From NCBI RefSeq assembly GCF_009914755.1, contig NC_060948.1: a DNA stretch of 64,000 bases, one strand, 5' to 3'. Source of the DNA: the human T2T-CHM13v2.0 reference genome, Homo sapiens. The notes under the pieces are model-generated. The model was not told where the DNA came from and searched no databases. It saw nothing but the letters and a program-made list of their open reading frames with translations. The position numbers and the translations under genes were made by a program. This document shows, piece after piece, positions 28,801-41,926 of the stretch. Each line of letters begins with the position of its first letter. The stretch's first letter is position 1.

Positions 28801-30488
28801 TGAATGGAATGGAATGGAATGGAATCAGATGGAACAGAAAGGAATGGAATAGAATCGAATGGTATGGCATCGAATGGATTGGAATGGAAAGGAATGGAAT
28901 GGACTCGAATGGAATGTACTCAAATGGAATAGAATAGAATGGAACGGAAGTAAATATAATGGACTCGAATGGAATGGATTGGAATAAATTGGAATTGAAT
29001 GTATTGGATTCGAATGGAAAGGAATGGAATGGAATGGAATGGATTCGAATGGAATGGAATCGAATGGAATGGAACGAATTGGAATGTAATTGAATGGCGT
29101 CGAAAACAGTAGAAAGAAATGAAGTTTAATCGAATGATATCGAATGGAATTGAATGGAATGTACGCGAATGGAATGGACTGGAATGGAATGGACTCTATG
29201 GGAATGAAGAGGAGTGGAATGGACTCGAATGTCATGGAGACGATTGGAATGGAAAGGAATGCAAAGGAATGGAATGGAATGGAATCTGATGCATCGCAAT
29301 GGAATGGAATGGGGTCGAATGGAATAGAATCGAAAGGAATGGCATCCAATGGAATGGAAACGAATTGAATGGAATGGCATGGAATGGAATGGAAAGGAAT
29401 ATAATGGAAAGGAATCGGATGGAACGGAATGGAATGTAATGGAGTCGAATGGAATAGAATCTAATAGAATTGCATTGATAGGAATGGAATCGAACGGACT
29501 CGAAAGGATTGGAGCCTAACAGAAGAGAATCGAACAGAATAGCATCAAATGGAATGGAAATGAATGGAATGGAATGGAATGGAATGGAATGGAATGGAAT
29601 GGAATGGACACACATGTAATGGACTTGAATGGAATGGAATCAAATAGAATGGACGCGAATGGAATGGTCTCGAATGGAATTTATGAAAATAGAATGGAAT
29701 CGAAATTCATTGAACATTATGGAATGGAATCAAATGGAATGAAATCGAATGGAAGGAACCGGAATGGAATGTACTGGAATAGAACGGACTCGAATGTTAC
29801 GGAAAGAAAAGTAAGTGATTCGGATGTCTTTTAATTGAATGGAATGAAATCAAATGGAATGGAAAGGAATAAAATGGAATGGAATGAAATAGAATGCAAT
29901 AGAATGGAAGGGAGTGGAGTCGAGTTGAATGGAATCGAATTGAATGGAATAGAATGGAATAGAATCAAATGGAATGGATTCGAATGCAATGGAACCGAAT
30001 GGAATGGACTGGAACATAATGGAATCGAAAGGAATGGAAAGGAATTGAATGCAATGGAAAGCAATGGAATCGAATGTAATGGAGTCGTATGTAGTGGAGT
30101 CGAATGGAATGGAATCAAATGGAAGGAAAAGAATACAATCGAATGGAATAGAATAGAATGCAACAGAATGAAACGGAGTGGAATCGAGTGGGATGGAATA
30201 GAATTGAATGGAATGGAAAGGAATGGAATCGAATGGAATGGAATCGAATGGAATGGAACCGAATGGAATGGAATGGAACAAAATGGAATTGAACAGATCA
30301 GAATCGAATGGATCCGAATCGAATGGAATGGAATATAATGGAATGGAATGGAATGGAATGGAATGGAATGGAATGGACCCAAATGTAATGAACTCTAATG
30401 AAATGGACTTTAATAGAATGGATTAGAAAACAATGGGCTCGAATGGAATTTAATCAAGTCGAATTTAATGGAATGGAATGGAATGCAA
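22884..30488 (+). repeat. Long HOR unit L3 (7,605 bp), near-identical sister of L2
   Basis: Shares L2-private variants; many ORF-track translations are identical at offsets 7630/7625/7615/7605; long-only segment ~24386-28124. Confidence 0.92.
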
Positions 30489-33400
30489 AACTATGGAATA
30501 GCATCAAATGGAATGGAACAGAATAGAGTGGAATGGAATGGAATACACAGGTATAGAACAGACTCGAATGTAATGGATTGCAATGTAAGTGATTCAAAGG
30601 GAATGGAATCAAATGGAATATAATCAAATGGAATGGAATGGAGTGCATTGGAATGGAATAAAATGGAATGCAAACAATGGTACAGAACTCATTTGAATGT
30701 AGAGGAATGGAATCGAATGCAATGGAAAAGAATGGAATGGACACGAATGGAATGGATTGGAAACAAATGGAATGGAAAGGATTTTAATCATACAGAACAA
30801 AATAGAATGCAATGGACTCGAATGAAATGGAGTCGAAGAGAATAGTATCAAATGGAAAGGAATGGAATGCAATCGAATCGAATGGAATGTTAATGAAATT
30901 AATTGAAAGGAATAGAATGGAATGAAGTGTAACGGAAAGATATCGAATTGAATGGAATGGACACAAACGGAATGGACTGGAATGGAATGAACTCGAAAGG
31001 AATGGAATGGAGCGGAACGGACTCGAGTGCAATGGAATCGAATGGTATAGAATAGAATGGAATGGAATGGAAAGGAATAGAAGGGAATGGAATCGGATCC
31101 AACGGGACAGATTGGAATGGGGTAGAATTGAATAGAATCGAATGGAATGGCATCGAATGTAATGGAATGGAATGGACTCGAATGGAATGGAGTGACATGT
31201 AATGGAATCGAAAGGAATGGAATCGAATGAAATGGAATTGAATGGAATAGAAAGGAATAGAATGGAATGGAGTTTAATGGAAAGATATTAAAAGTAATGG
31301 AATGGAATTGAGTGGACACGAATGGAATGGACTGGAATGGAAAGGACTCGAATGAAATGGAGCGCATTAGAATGGACTCGAATGGAATGGATTGGAGTGG
31401 AATGGTCTCGAATGGATTGGAAACGAATGGAATGGAAAGGAGTAGAATGGAATGTAATCAAATGGAACGAAATGGAATGGAATGGATTCGACTGGAACAG
31501 AATTGAATGGAGTGGAATTGATTGGAATGGAATGCAATCGAATGGAATGAACACGAATGGAATAGAATGAAATGAAATGGCATAGAATGGAATGGAATGG
31601 AATGGAATGGAAGGGAATGGAATGGCATGGCATGGAATGTGATGGAATGGAATGAAATTGATTGGAATGGGATGGGCCCAAAAGTAAAGGACTCAAATAA
31701 AAGGGACTCAAATAGAATGAATTGGAAAGAAACGGTCTCGAATGTAATTCATTCGAATGGAATGATATAGAATGGAATGCAATAGTATGGAATGGTATCG
31801 AATAGAATGGAATAGAATGGAATGGAATGGAACGGAATGGAGTGCATTTGAACGGACTCAAATGCAATAAATTGCAATATAATTGATTCAAATGGAATGG
31901 AATCGAATAGAATGTAAACAAACGGAATGGAAGGCAATGCAATGGAAAGGAATCGAATGAAATGGACCCGAGTGGAATGGACTCACATAGTACAGCCTTG
32001 AATGTAATGGATGACAATGTATTAGATTCGAAAGGACTGAAATCGAATGGAATGTAATCAAATAGAACGGAATTGAATGCATGGAATGGCATAGAAAGTA
32101 ATGCAATGGAATGGAATAGACTGGAATGGAATGGAATCGGATGGAATGTAATGAAATGTAATGGAAGGAATGCCATGGAATGGAATGGAATGGAATGCAA
32201 TGGGCCGGTGTATAATGGAGTGCAATGGAATTCAGTGGAATGTAGTCAATAGGAATGAAATAGAATGGAATTCAATATAAGGGAATGGCATCCAATGGCA
32301 AGGAATGGAGTGGACTACAATGGAAACAACATGAAAGGAATATAATATAATGGAATGGCATTGAACGAAATGGAAAGCAATGGAGTTAAAAGGTAAGATA
32401 TCGAATGGAAAAGAATTGAATGGACTCGAATGGAATATAACGGAATGGAATGGACTCGAATGGAATGTACTAGAGTTGAATGGAATCGAATGGAATGGAA
32501 AACAATGGAAAGGAAAGGAAGGGAATTGAAAGGAAAGGAATAGAATGGAATGGAATCGGATAGAACGGAATTGAATGGAATGGATACTAAAGGAATAGAA
32601 TAGAAAGGAATGGCATTGAATGGAATGGAATGGAATGGAATCAGATGGAACAGAAAGGAATGGAATAGAATCGAATGGTATGGCATTGAATGGATTGGAA
32701 TGGAAAGGAATGGAATGGACTCGAATGGAATGTACTCAAATGGAATAGAATAGAATGGAATGGAAGTAAATATAATGGACTCGAATGGAATGGATTGGAA
32801 TAAATTGGAATTGAATGTATTGGATTCGATTGGAAAGGAATGGAATGGAATGGAATGGATTCGAATGGAATGGAATCGAATGGAATGGGACGAATTGGAA
32901 TGTAATTGAATGGCGTCGAAAACAGTAGAAAGAAATGAAGTTTAATCGAATGATATCGAATGGAATTGAATGGAATGTACGCGAATGGAATGGACTGGAA
33001 TGGAATGGACTCTATGGGAATGAAGAGGAATGGAATGGACTCGAATGTCATGGAGACGATTGGAATGGAAAGGAATGCAAAGGAATGGAATGGAATGGAA
33101 TCTGATGCATCGCAATGGAATGGAATGGGGTCGAATGGAATAGAATCGAAAGGAATGGCATCCAATGGAATGGAAACGAATTGAATGGAATGGCATGGAA
33201 TGGAATGGAAAGGAATATAATGGAAAGGAATCGGATGGAACGGAATGGAATGTAATGGAGTCGAATGGAATAGAATCTAATAGAATTGCATTGATAGTAA
33301 TGGAATCGAACGGACTCGAAAGGATTGGAGCCTAACAGAAGAGAATCGAACAGAATAGCATCAAATGGAATGGAAATGAATGGAATGGAATGGAATGGAA

Positions 33401-34329
33401 TGGAATGGAATGGAATGGAATGGAATGGATACACATGTAATGGACTTGAATGGAATGGAATCAAATAGAATGGACGCGAATGGAATGGTCTCGAATGGAA
33501 TTTATGAAAATAGAATGGAATCGAAATTCATTGAACATTATGGAATGGAATCAAATGGAATGAAATCGAATGGAAGGAACCGGAATGGAATGTACTGGAA
33601 TAGAACGGACTCGAATGTTACGGAAAGAAAAGTAAGTGATTCGGATGTCTTTTAATTGAATGGAATGAAATCAAATGGAATGGAAAGGAATAAAATGGAA
33701 TGGAATGAAATAGAATGCAATAGAATGGAAGGGAGTGGAGTCGAGTTGAATGGAATCGAATTGAATGGAATAGAATGGAATAGAATCAAATGGAATGGAT
33801 TCGAATGCAATGGAACCGAATGGAATGGACTGGAACATAATGGAATCGAAAGGAATGGAAAGGAATTGAATGCAATGGAAAGCAATGGAATCGAATGTAA
33901 TGGAGTCGTATGTAGTGGAGTCGAATGGAATGGAATCAAATGGAAGGAAAAGAATACAATCGAATGGAATAGAATAGAATGCAACAGAATGAAACGGAGT
34001 GGAATCGAGTGGGATGGAATAGAATTGAATGGAATGGAAAGGAATGGAATCGAATGGAATGGAATCGAATGGAATGGAACCGAATGGAATGGAATGGAAC
34101 AAAATGGAATTGAACAGATTAGAATCGAATGGATCCGAATCGAATGGAATGGAATATAATGGAATGGAATGGAATGGAATGGAATGGAATGGAATGGAAT
34201 GGAATGGAATGGAATGGACCCAAAGGTAATGAACTCTAATGAAATGGACTTTAATAGAATGGATTAGAAAACAATGGGCTCGAATGGAATTTAATCAAGT
34301 CGAATTTAATGGAATGGAATGGAATGCAA
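30489..34329 (+). repeat. Short HOR unit S3 (3,841 bp)
   Basis: Same deletion junction as S1/S2 at 31941-31972; lacks the long-only markers. Confidence 0.92.
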
Positions 34330-37300
34330 AACTATGGAATAGCATCAAATGGAATGGAACAGAATAGAGTGGAATGGAATGGAATACACAGGAATAGAAC
34401 AGACTCGAATGTAATGGATTGCAATGTAAGTGATTCAAAGGGAATGGAATCAAATGGAATATAATCAAATGGAATGGAATGGAGTGCATTGGAATGGAAT
34501 AAAATGGAATGCAAACAATGGTACAGAACTCATTTGAATGTAGAGGAATGGAATCGAATGCAATGGAAAAGAATGGAATGGACACGAATGGAATGGATTG
34601 GAAACAAATGGAATGGAAAGGATTTTAATCATACAGAACAAAATAGAATGCAATGGACTCGAATGAAATGGAGTCGAAGAGAATAGTATCAAATGGAAAG
34701 GAATGGAATGCAATCGAATCGAATGGAATGTTAATGAAATTAATTGAAAGGAATAGAATGGAATGAAGTGTAACGGAAAGATATCGAATTGAATGGAATT
34801 GAATGGAATGGACACAAACGGAATGGACTGGAATGGAATGAACTCGAAAGGAATGGAATGGAGCGGAACGGACTCGAGTGCAATGGAATCGAATGGTATA
34901 GAATAGAATGGAATGGAATGGAAAGGAATAGAAGGGAATGGAATCGGATCCAACGGGACAGATTGGAATGGGGTAGAATTGAATAGAATCGAATGGAATG
35001 GCATCGAATGTAATGGAATGGAATGGACTCGAATGGAATGGAGTGACATGTAATGGAATCGAAAGGAATGGAATCGAATGAAATGGAATTGAATGGAATA
35101 GAAAGGAATAGAATGGAATGGAGTTTAATGGAAAGATATTAAAAGTAATGGAATGGAATTGAGTGGACACGAATGGAATGAACTGGAATGGAAAGGACTC
35201 GAATGAAATGGAGCGCATTAGAATGGACTCGAATGGAATGGATTGGAGTGGAATGGTCTCGAATGGATTGGAAACGAATGGAATGGAAAGGAGTAGAATG
35301 GAATGTAATCAAATGGAACGAAATGGAATGGAATGGATTCGACTGGAACAGAATTGAATGGAGTGGAATTGATTGGAATGGAATGCAATCGAATGGAATG
35401 AACACGAATGGAATAGAATGAAATGAAATGGCATAGAATGGAATGGAATGGAATGGAATGGAATGGAATGGAATGGAATGGAATGGAAGGGAATGGAATG
35501 GCATGGCATGGAATGTGATGGAATGGAATGAAATTGATTGGAATGGGATGGGCCCAAAAGTAAAGGACTCAAATAAAAGGGACTCAAATAGAATGAATTG
35601 GAAAGAAACGGTCTCGAATGTAATTCATTCGAATGGAATGATATTGAATGGAATGCAATAGTATGGAATGGTATCGAATAGAATGGAATAGAATGGAATG
35701 GAATGGAACGGAATGGAGTGCATTTGAACGGACTCAAATGCAATAAATTGCAATATAATTGATTCAAATGGAATGGAATCGAATAGAATGTAAACAAACG
35801 GAATGGAAGGCAATGTAATGGAAAGGAATCGAATGAAATGGAATAAATGGAATGGAATCGAAGGGAAAGGACGCGAATATAATGGACTGCTAAGGAAAGG
35901 TCTCGAATCGAATTTATTCCAATAGACTGGAATATAATGGAATGCAATACTGTTGAATCGAATCGAATGGAATGGAATTGAATGGAATGGACAGGAATGG
36001 AATGAACTGGAAGTGAATGGACAAGAACGTAATATATTGCAATGTAATTTATTCAAATGGAATGGAATGCAATCGAATGGAATGGACTCGATTGGAATGG
36101 ACTGGAGTGGAATGGACTCAAATGGAATGGAAACGAATGTAATGGAATGGAACTGAAAGCCAACGAATCTACTGGAATAGAATCGAACCGAACAGAAAGG
36201 AACGAAATGGAATGGAGTGGAATGAACTCGAATGGAATGTATTCGAATGTAATGGACCTGAAAGGAATGGAATCCAATGGAATGGAATTGAATGGAATCA
36301 AAAGGAATAGAATGGAATAGAGTGTAATTAAATGATATCGAATGGAAGGGAATGGAATGAAATCGAATGGAATGCACTGGAATGGAATGGACTCGATCAG
36401 AACGGACTGGAGAGGCATGTACACAAATGAAATGGAAACGAATGGAATGGAATGAAATGTAATGGAAATGGAATTGAAAGGAACGGAATGGAATGGTATG
36501 GAATGGAATGGAATGGATTTTAATAGAATGGATTCAAATAAAATAGAATCGATTGGAATGGTATTGAATGGAAGGGACTTGAATGGAATGGAAAGCAATG
36601 GAAGATATTGGAATCGAATGGCATCGAATGAAATGGAATGGAACGGAATGGAACGGACCCGAATGGAATGGAATGGACTCAAATGTAATGGACTCGAAAG
36701 GAATCGACTGAAATATAATAGACTCGAAAAGAATGGCCTCGAGCGGAATTTATTTGAATAGACTGGAATCAAATGGAATACAATAGTATTGAATGGAATA
36801 GAATGGAATGGAATCGAATGGAATGTAATCAAATGGAATGGAACGGAATTCAATATAATAGAATAGAATGGAATGCATTGGAAAGGAGCAGAGTGGAATC
36901 GAGTGGAATGGAATCGAGTGGAATGGAATCAAAGGGAACGAAATCGAATTGAATGGACTTGAATGGAATTGACTCGAAAGGAATTGACTCGAAAGGAATG
37001 GACTGGAAGAAAAAGGAATCAAATGGACAGGAATGGAATGGAATGGAATGGACTCGAATGGAATGGAGTCAAATGCAAATGCATCGAATGGAATGGATTC
37101 AAATGGAATGCAATTGAATGGAATAGAAAGGAAGAGAATGGAATTGAGAGTAATGGAAAGATATCGATTGGAATGAAATGGAATGGAAAGGAATTGAATG
37201 GAAAGGAATGGACTCGGAAGAAATGGATTGGAATGGAATGGTCTCCAATGGAATGGACTGGAGTGGAACGGAATCGAATGGAATGAAAAGAATGGAACGG

Positions 37301-40300
37301 AATGGAACGGAAAAGAATAGAATGTTATGGAATCCGATTGGACAGAATGGAATGGAATGGAGTTTCATGAAATGGAGTCGAATAGAGTGGCATCAAAAGG
37401 AATATAATGGAACAGAGTTGACTCCAAAGGAATGGACTCGAAAGGAATGGAGACGAACCAAATTGAATCCAATGGATTGGAGTCGAACAGAATGGAATGG
37501 AATGCAATGAACTCGACTGGAGTAGAGAGGAATGCAAAGGAATAGAATGGAATGTAATCAAATGGATTGCAACTGAATGGAATCAAAAATAATAGAAAGG
37601 AATGGAGTGTAAAGGGATGATATTGAATATAATGGAATGGAATGGAATTCAATGGAATGGAGTCGAAGGAATGGACAGGAATGTAATGGACTCCAATGGA
37701 ATGGAATGGATGAAAATGGATTTGAACAGATTGGAATCGAACGGAATGGAATGCAATGGAATGGAATGGACTCGAATGGAGAAGAGACAAAGGGAATGGA
37801 AACGAATTCAATGCAATTGAAAAGAATAGAATGGAATGGCGTGTAATGGTAAGATACTAAATGGAATGGAATTGAATGGAATGGAATGGAATGGAATGGA
37901 CCCAAATGTAATGCACTCGAATGGAATATACCCAAATAGAATGGAATCAAAAGGAAAGGTCTCAAATGGAATTTATTCAATACAATGGAATCGAATGGAA
38001 TGCAATAGAATGGAATGGAATCGAATGTAATGGAATCAAATAGAATGGACCAGAATGTAATGGACTGCCATAGAACGGACTGCAGTGTAATGGATTGAAT
38101 TCTGATTCATTCAAATGCAATGGAATGGAATGGAATCCAATGGAATGGATAGGATTGTACTGGATTGGAATAGAATGGAATGCAACGGAGTGGAATGGAG
38201 TTGAATGAAGTGGAATGGAATCGATTGGAATGGAAGGGAATGGAATGGACGGGAATGGAATGGACTGGAAGAGAACAGATTCGAATATAATGGATTGCAA
38301 TGTAATTGATTCAAATGGAATGGAATCGAATGGAATGTAATAAAATTGAAGGGATTGGAGTTCAATGCAATGGAAAAGAATGGAATGCAAAGGAATGGAA
38401 AGGAACGGAGTGAAATGGAGTGTAATGGAATCGAATGGAATGAAATCGAATGGAATGGACTCAAAAGAAAGGGACGAGGGACAAAACGGAATCGAACTGA
38501 TCGGAATGGAACGGAACGGAATGGAATTGAATGGTCTCCATTGGATCGGAGTAGAACGGATTGGAATGTAATGGAATGAAATGGAATGGAAAGGATTAGA
38601 ATGGAATGGAATGGAAGGTAATGGAAAGATATCGAACGGATTGGAAGGGAATGCAATGGACCCTAATGGAATGGATTGGAATTCAACAGAAACGAATGGA
38701 ATAGACTGGAGTGAAATGGAGTCGAATGTAATTGACTGGAGTGGAATGGACTCGAAAGGAATGGACCGGAATAGAATGGACTGGAATGGATTGTACTCGA
38801 AAGGAGTGGAAAGGAATAAAATGGATTCCACCAGATTGGAATGGAACAGACTGAAATGGAATGGAATGGAATGCAACGGAACGGCTCGACTGGAATGGAG
38901 TCGAATGCAATGGAATAGAAAGGAAAGGAATTGAATGGAATTGAAAGTAATAGAATTAAATGGAGTGCAAAGGAAAGATATCGAATGGAATGGATCGAAA
39001 AGAAATAGAATGGAATGGACAGGAAAGGAATGGAATAGAATGGAATAGACTGGCGTGCAACGAAAACGAATGGAATGGAAAGGAATGGAGTACAATAAAT
39101 ACAATGTAATGTAATGGAATGGAATTTAATGGAATGGAATGGAATGGAATGGAATGGAGGCGAAAGGAAAAGAATGGATTGGAATGTCAACGAATGGAAA
39201 GATATGGAATGGAAAGGAGTGGATACGAATGGAATGGAATAGAAAGGAACGGAAAGGTAAAGAATGGAATGGAATCGGATAGAATGGAATGCAATGTAAT
39301 GGAGTCGATTGGAAAATAATCGAGTAGAATGATATCGAATGGAATGGAATTTAATGGAACGGAATGGAATGGAATGGACTCGAATGGAATGTGCTCAAAT
39401 GGATTAGAATAGAATGGAATGGAATTAAACGTAATGAACTCGAATGGAATGGACACAAATAGAATGGAAGAGAAAGGAATGGTATTGAATGGAATTTATT
39501 CGAATAGAATGGAATTCAATGGAATGCAACAGTGTGGCATGGAATCTAATGGAATGGAATCGAATGGAATGGACCCGAGTGGAATGGACTCACATAGAAC
39601 AGCCTCGAATGTAATGGATGACAATGTATTAGATTCGAAAGGACTGAAATCGAATGGAATGTAATCAAATAAAACGGAATTGAATGCATGGAATGGCATA
39701 GAAAGTAATGCAATGGAATGGAATAGACTGGAATGGAATGGAATCGGATGGAATGTAATGAAATGTAATGGAAGGAATGCCATGGAATGGAACGGAATGG
39801 AATGCAATGGGCCGGTGTATAATGGAGTGCAATGGAATTCAGTGGAATGTAGTCAATAGGAATGAAATAGAATGGAATTCAATATAAGGGAATGGCATCC
39901 AATGGCAAGGAATGGAGTGGACTCCAATGGAAACAACATGAAAGGAATATAATATAATGGAATGGCATTGAACGAAATGGAATGCAATGGAGTTAAAAGG
40001 TAAGATATCGAATGGAAAAGAATTGAATGGACTCGAATGGAATGTAGTAGAGTTGAATGGAATGGAATGGAATGGAAAACAATGGTAAGGAAAGGAAGTT
40101 AATTGAAAGGAAAGGAATAGAATGGAATGGAATCGGATAGAAAGGAATTGAATGGAATGGAATCTAAAGGAATAGAATAGAAAGGAATGGCATTGAATGG
40201 AATGGAATGGAATGGAATCAGATGGAACAGAAAAGAATGGAATGGAATCGAATGGTATGGCATCGAATGGATTGGAATGGAATGGAATGGAATGGAAAGG

Positions 40301-41926
40301 AATGGAATGGACTCGAATGGAATGTACTCAAATGGAATAGAATAGAATGGAATGGAAGTAAATATAATGGGCTCGAATGGAATGGATTGGAATAAATTGG
40401 AATTGAATGTATTGGATTCGAATGGAAAGGAATGGAATGGAATGGAATGGAATGGATTCGAATGGAATGGAATCGAATGGAATGGAACGAATTGAAATGT
40501 AATTGAATGGCGTCGAAAACCGTAGAGAGAAATGAAGTTTAATCGAATGATATCGAATGGAATTGAATGGAATGTACGCGAATGGAATGGACTGGAATGG
40601 AATGGACTCTATGGGAATGAAGAGGAGTGGAATGGACTCGAATGTCATGGAGACGATTGGAATGGAAGGGAATGCAAAGGAATGGAATGGAATGGAATCT
40701 GATGCATCGCAATGGAATGGAATGGGGTCGAATGGCATAGAATCGAAAGGAATGGCATCCAATGGAATGGAAACGAATTGAATGGAATGGCATGGAATGG
40801 AATGGAAAGGAATATAATGGAAAGGAATCGGATGGAACGGAATGGAATGTAATGGAGTCAAATGGAATAGAATCTAATAGAATTGCATTGATAGGAATGG
40901 AATCGAACGGACTCGAAAGGATTGGAGCCTAACAGAAGAGAATCGAACAGAATAGCATCAAATGGAATGGAAATGAATGGAATGGAATGGAATGGAATGG
41001 AATGGAATGGAATGGAATGGACACACATGTAATGGACTTGAATGGAATGGAATCAAATAGAATGGACGCGAATGGAATGGTCTCGAATGAAATTTATGAA
41101 AATAGAATGGAATTGAAAGTCATTGAACATTATGGAATGGAATCAAATGGAATGAAATCGAATGGAAGGAACCGGAATGGAATGTACTGGAATAGAACGG
41201 ACTCGAATGTTACGGAAAGAAAAGTAAGTGATTCAGATGTCTTTTAATTGAATGGAATGAAATCAAATGGAATGGAAAGGAATAAAATGTAATAGAAAGT
41301 AATAGAATGCAATAGAATGGAAGGGAGTGGAGTCAAGTTGAATGGAATCGAATTGAATGGAATAGAATGGAATAGAATCAAATGGAATGGATTCGAATGC
41401 AATGCAACCGAATGGAATGGACTGGAACATAATGGAATCGAACGTATTGGAATCGAAAGGAATGGAAAGGAATTGAATGCAATGGAATCGAATGTAATGG
41501 AGTCGTATGTAGTGGAGTCGAATGGAATGGAATCAAATGGAAGGAAAAGAATACAATCGAATGGAATAGAATAGAATGCAACAGAATGAAACGGAGTGGA
41601 ATCGAGAGGAATGGAATAGAATTGAATGGAATGGAAAGGAATGGAATCGAATGGAATGGAATCGAATGGAATGGAACCAAATGGAATGGAATGGAACAAA
41701 ATGGAATTGAACAGATTAGAATCGAATGGATCCGAATCGAATGGTATGGAATATAATGGAATGGAATGGAATGGAATGGAATGGAATGGAATGGAATGGA
41801 ATGGAATGGAATGGACCCAAATATAATGAACTCTAATGAAATGGACTTTAATAGAATGGATTAGAAAACAATGGGCTCAAATGGAATTTAATCAAGTCGA
41901 GTTTAATGGAATGGAATGGAATGCAA
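34330..41926 (+). repeat. Long HOR unit L4 (7,597 bp), more divergent
   Basis: Same marker order; long-only segment ~35843-39547; many private substitutions and small deletions (e.g. ~30 bp missing near 40040). Confidence 0.9.
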
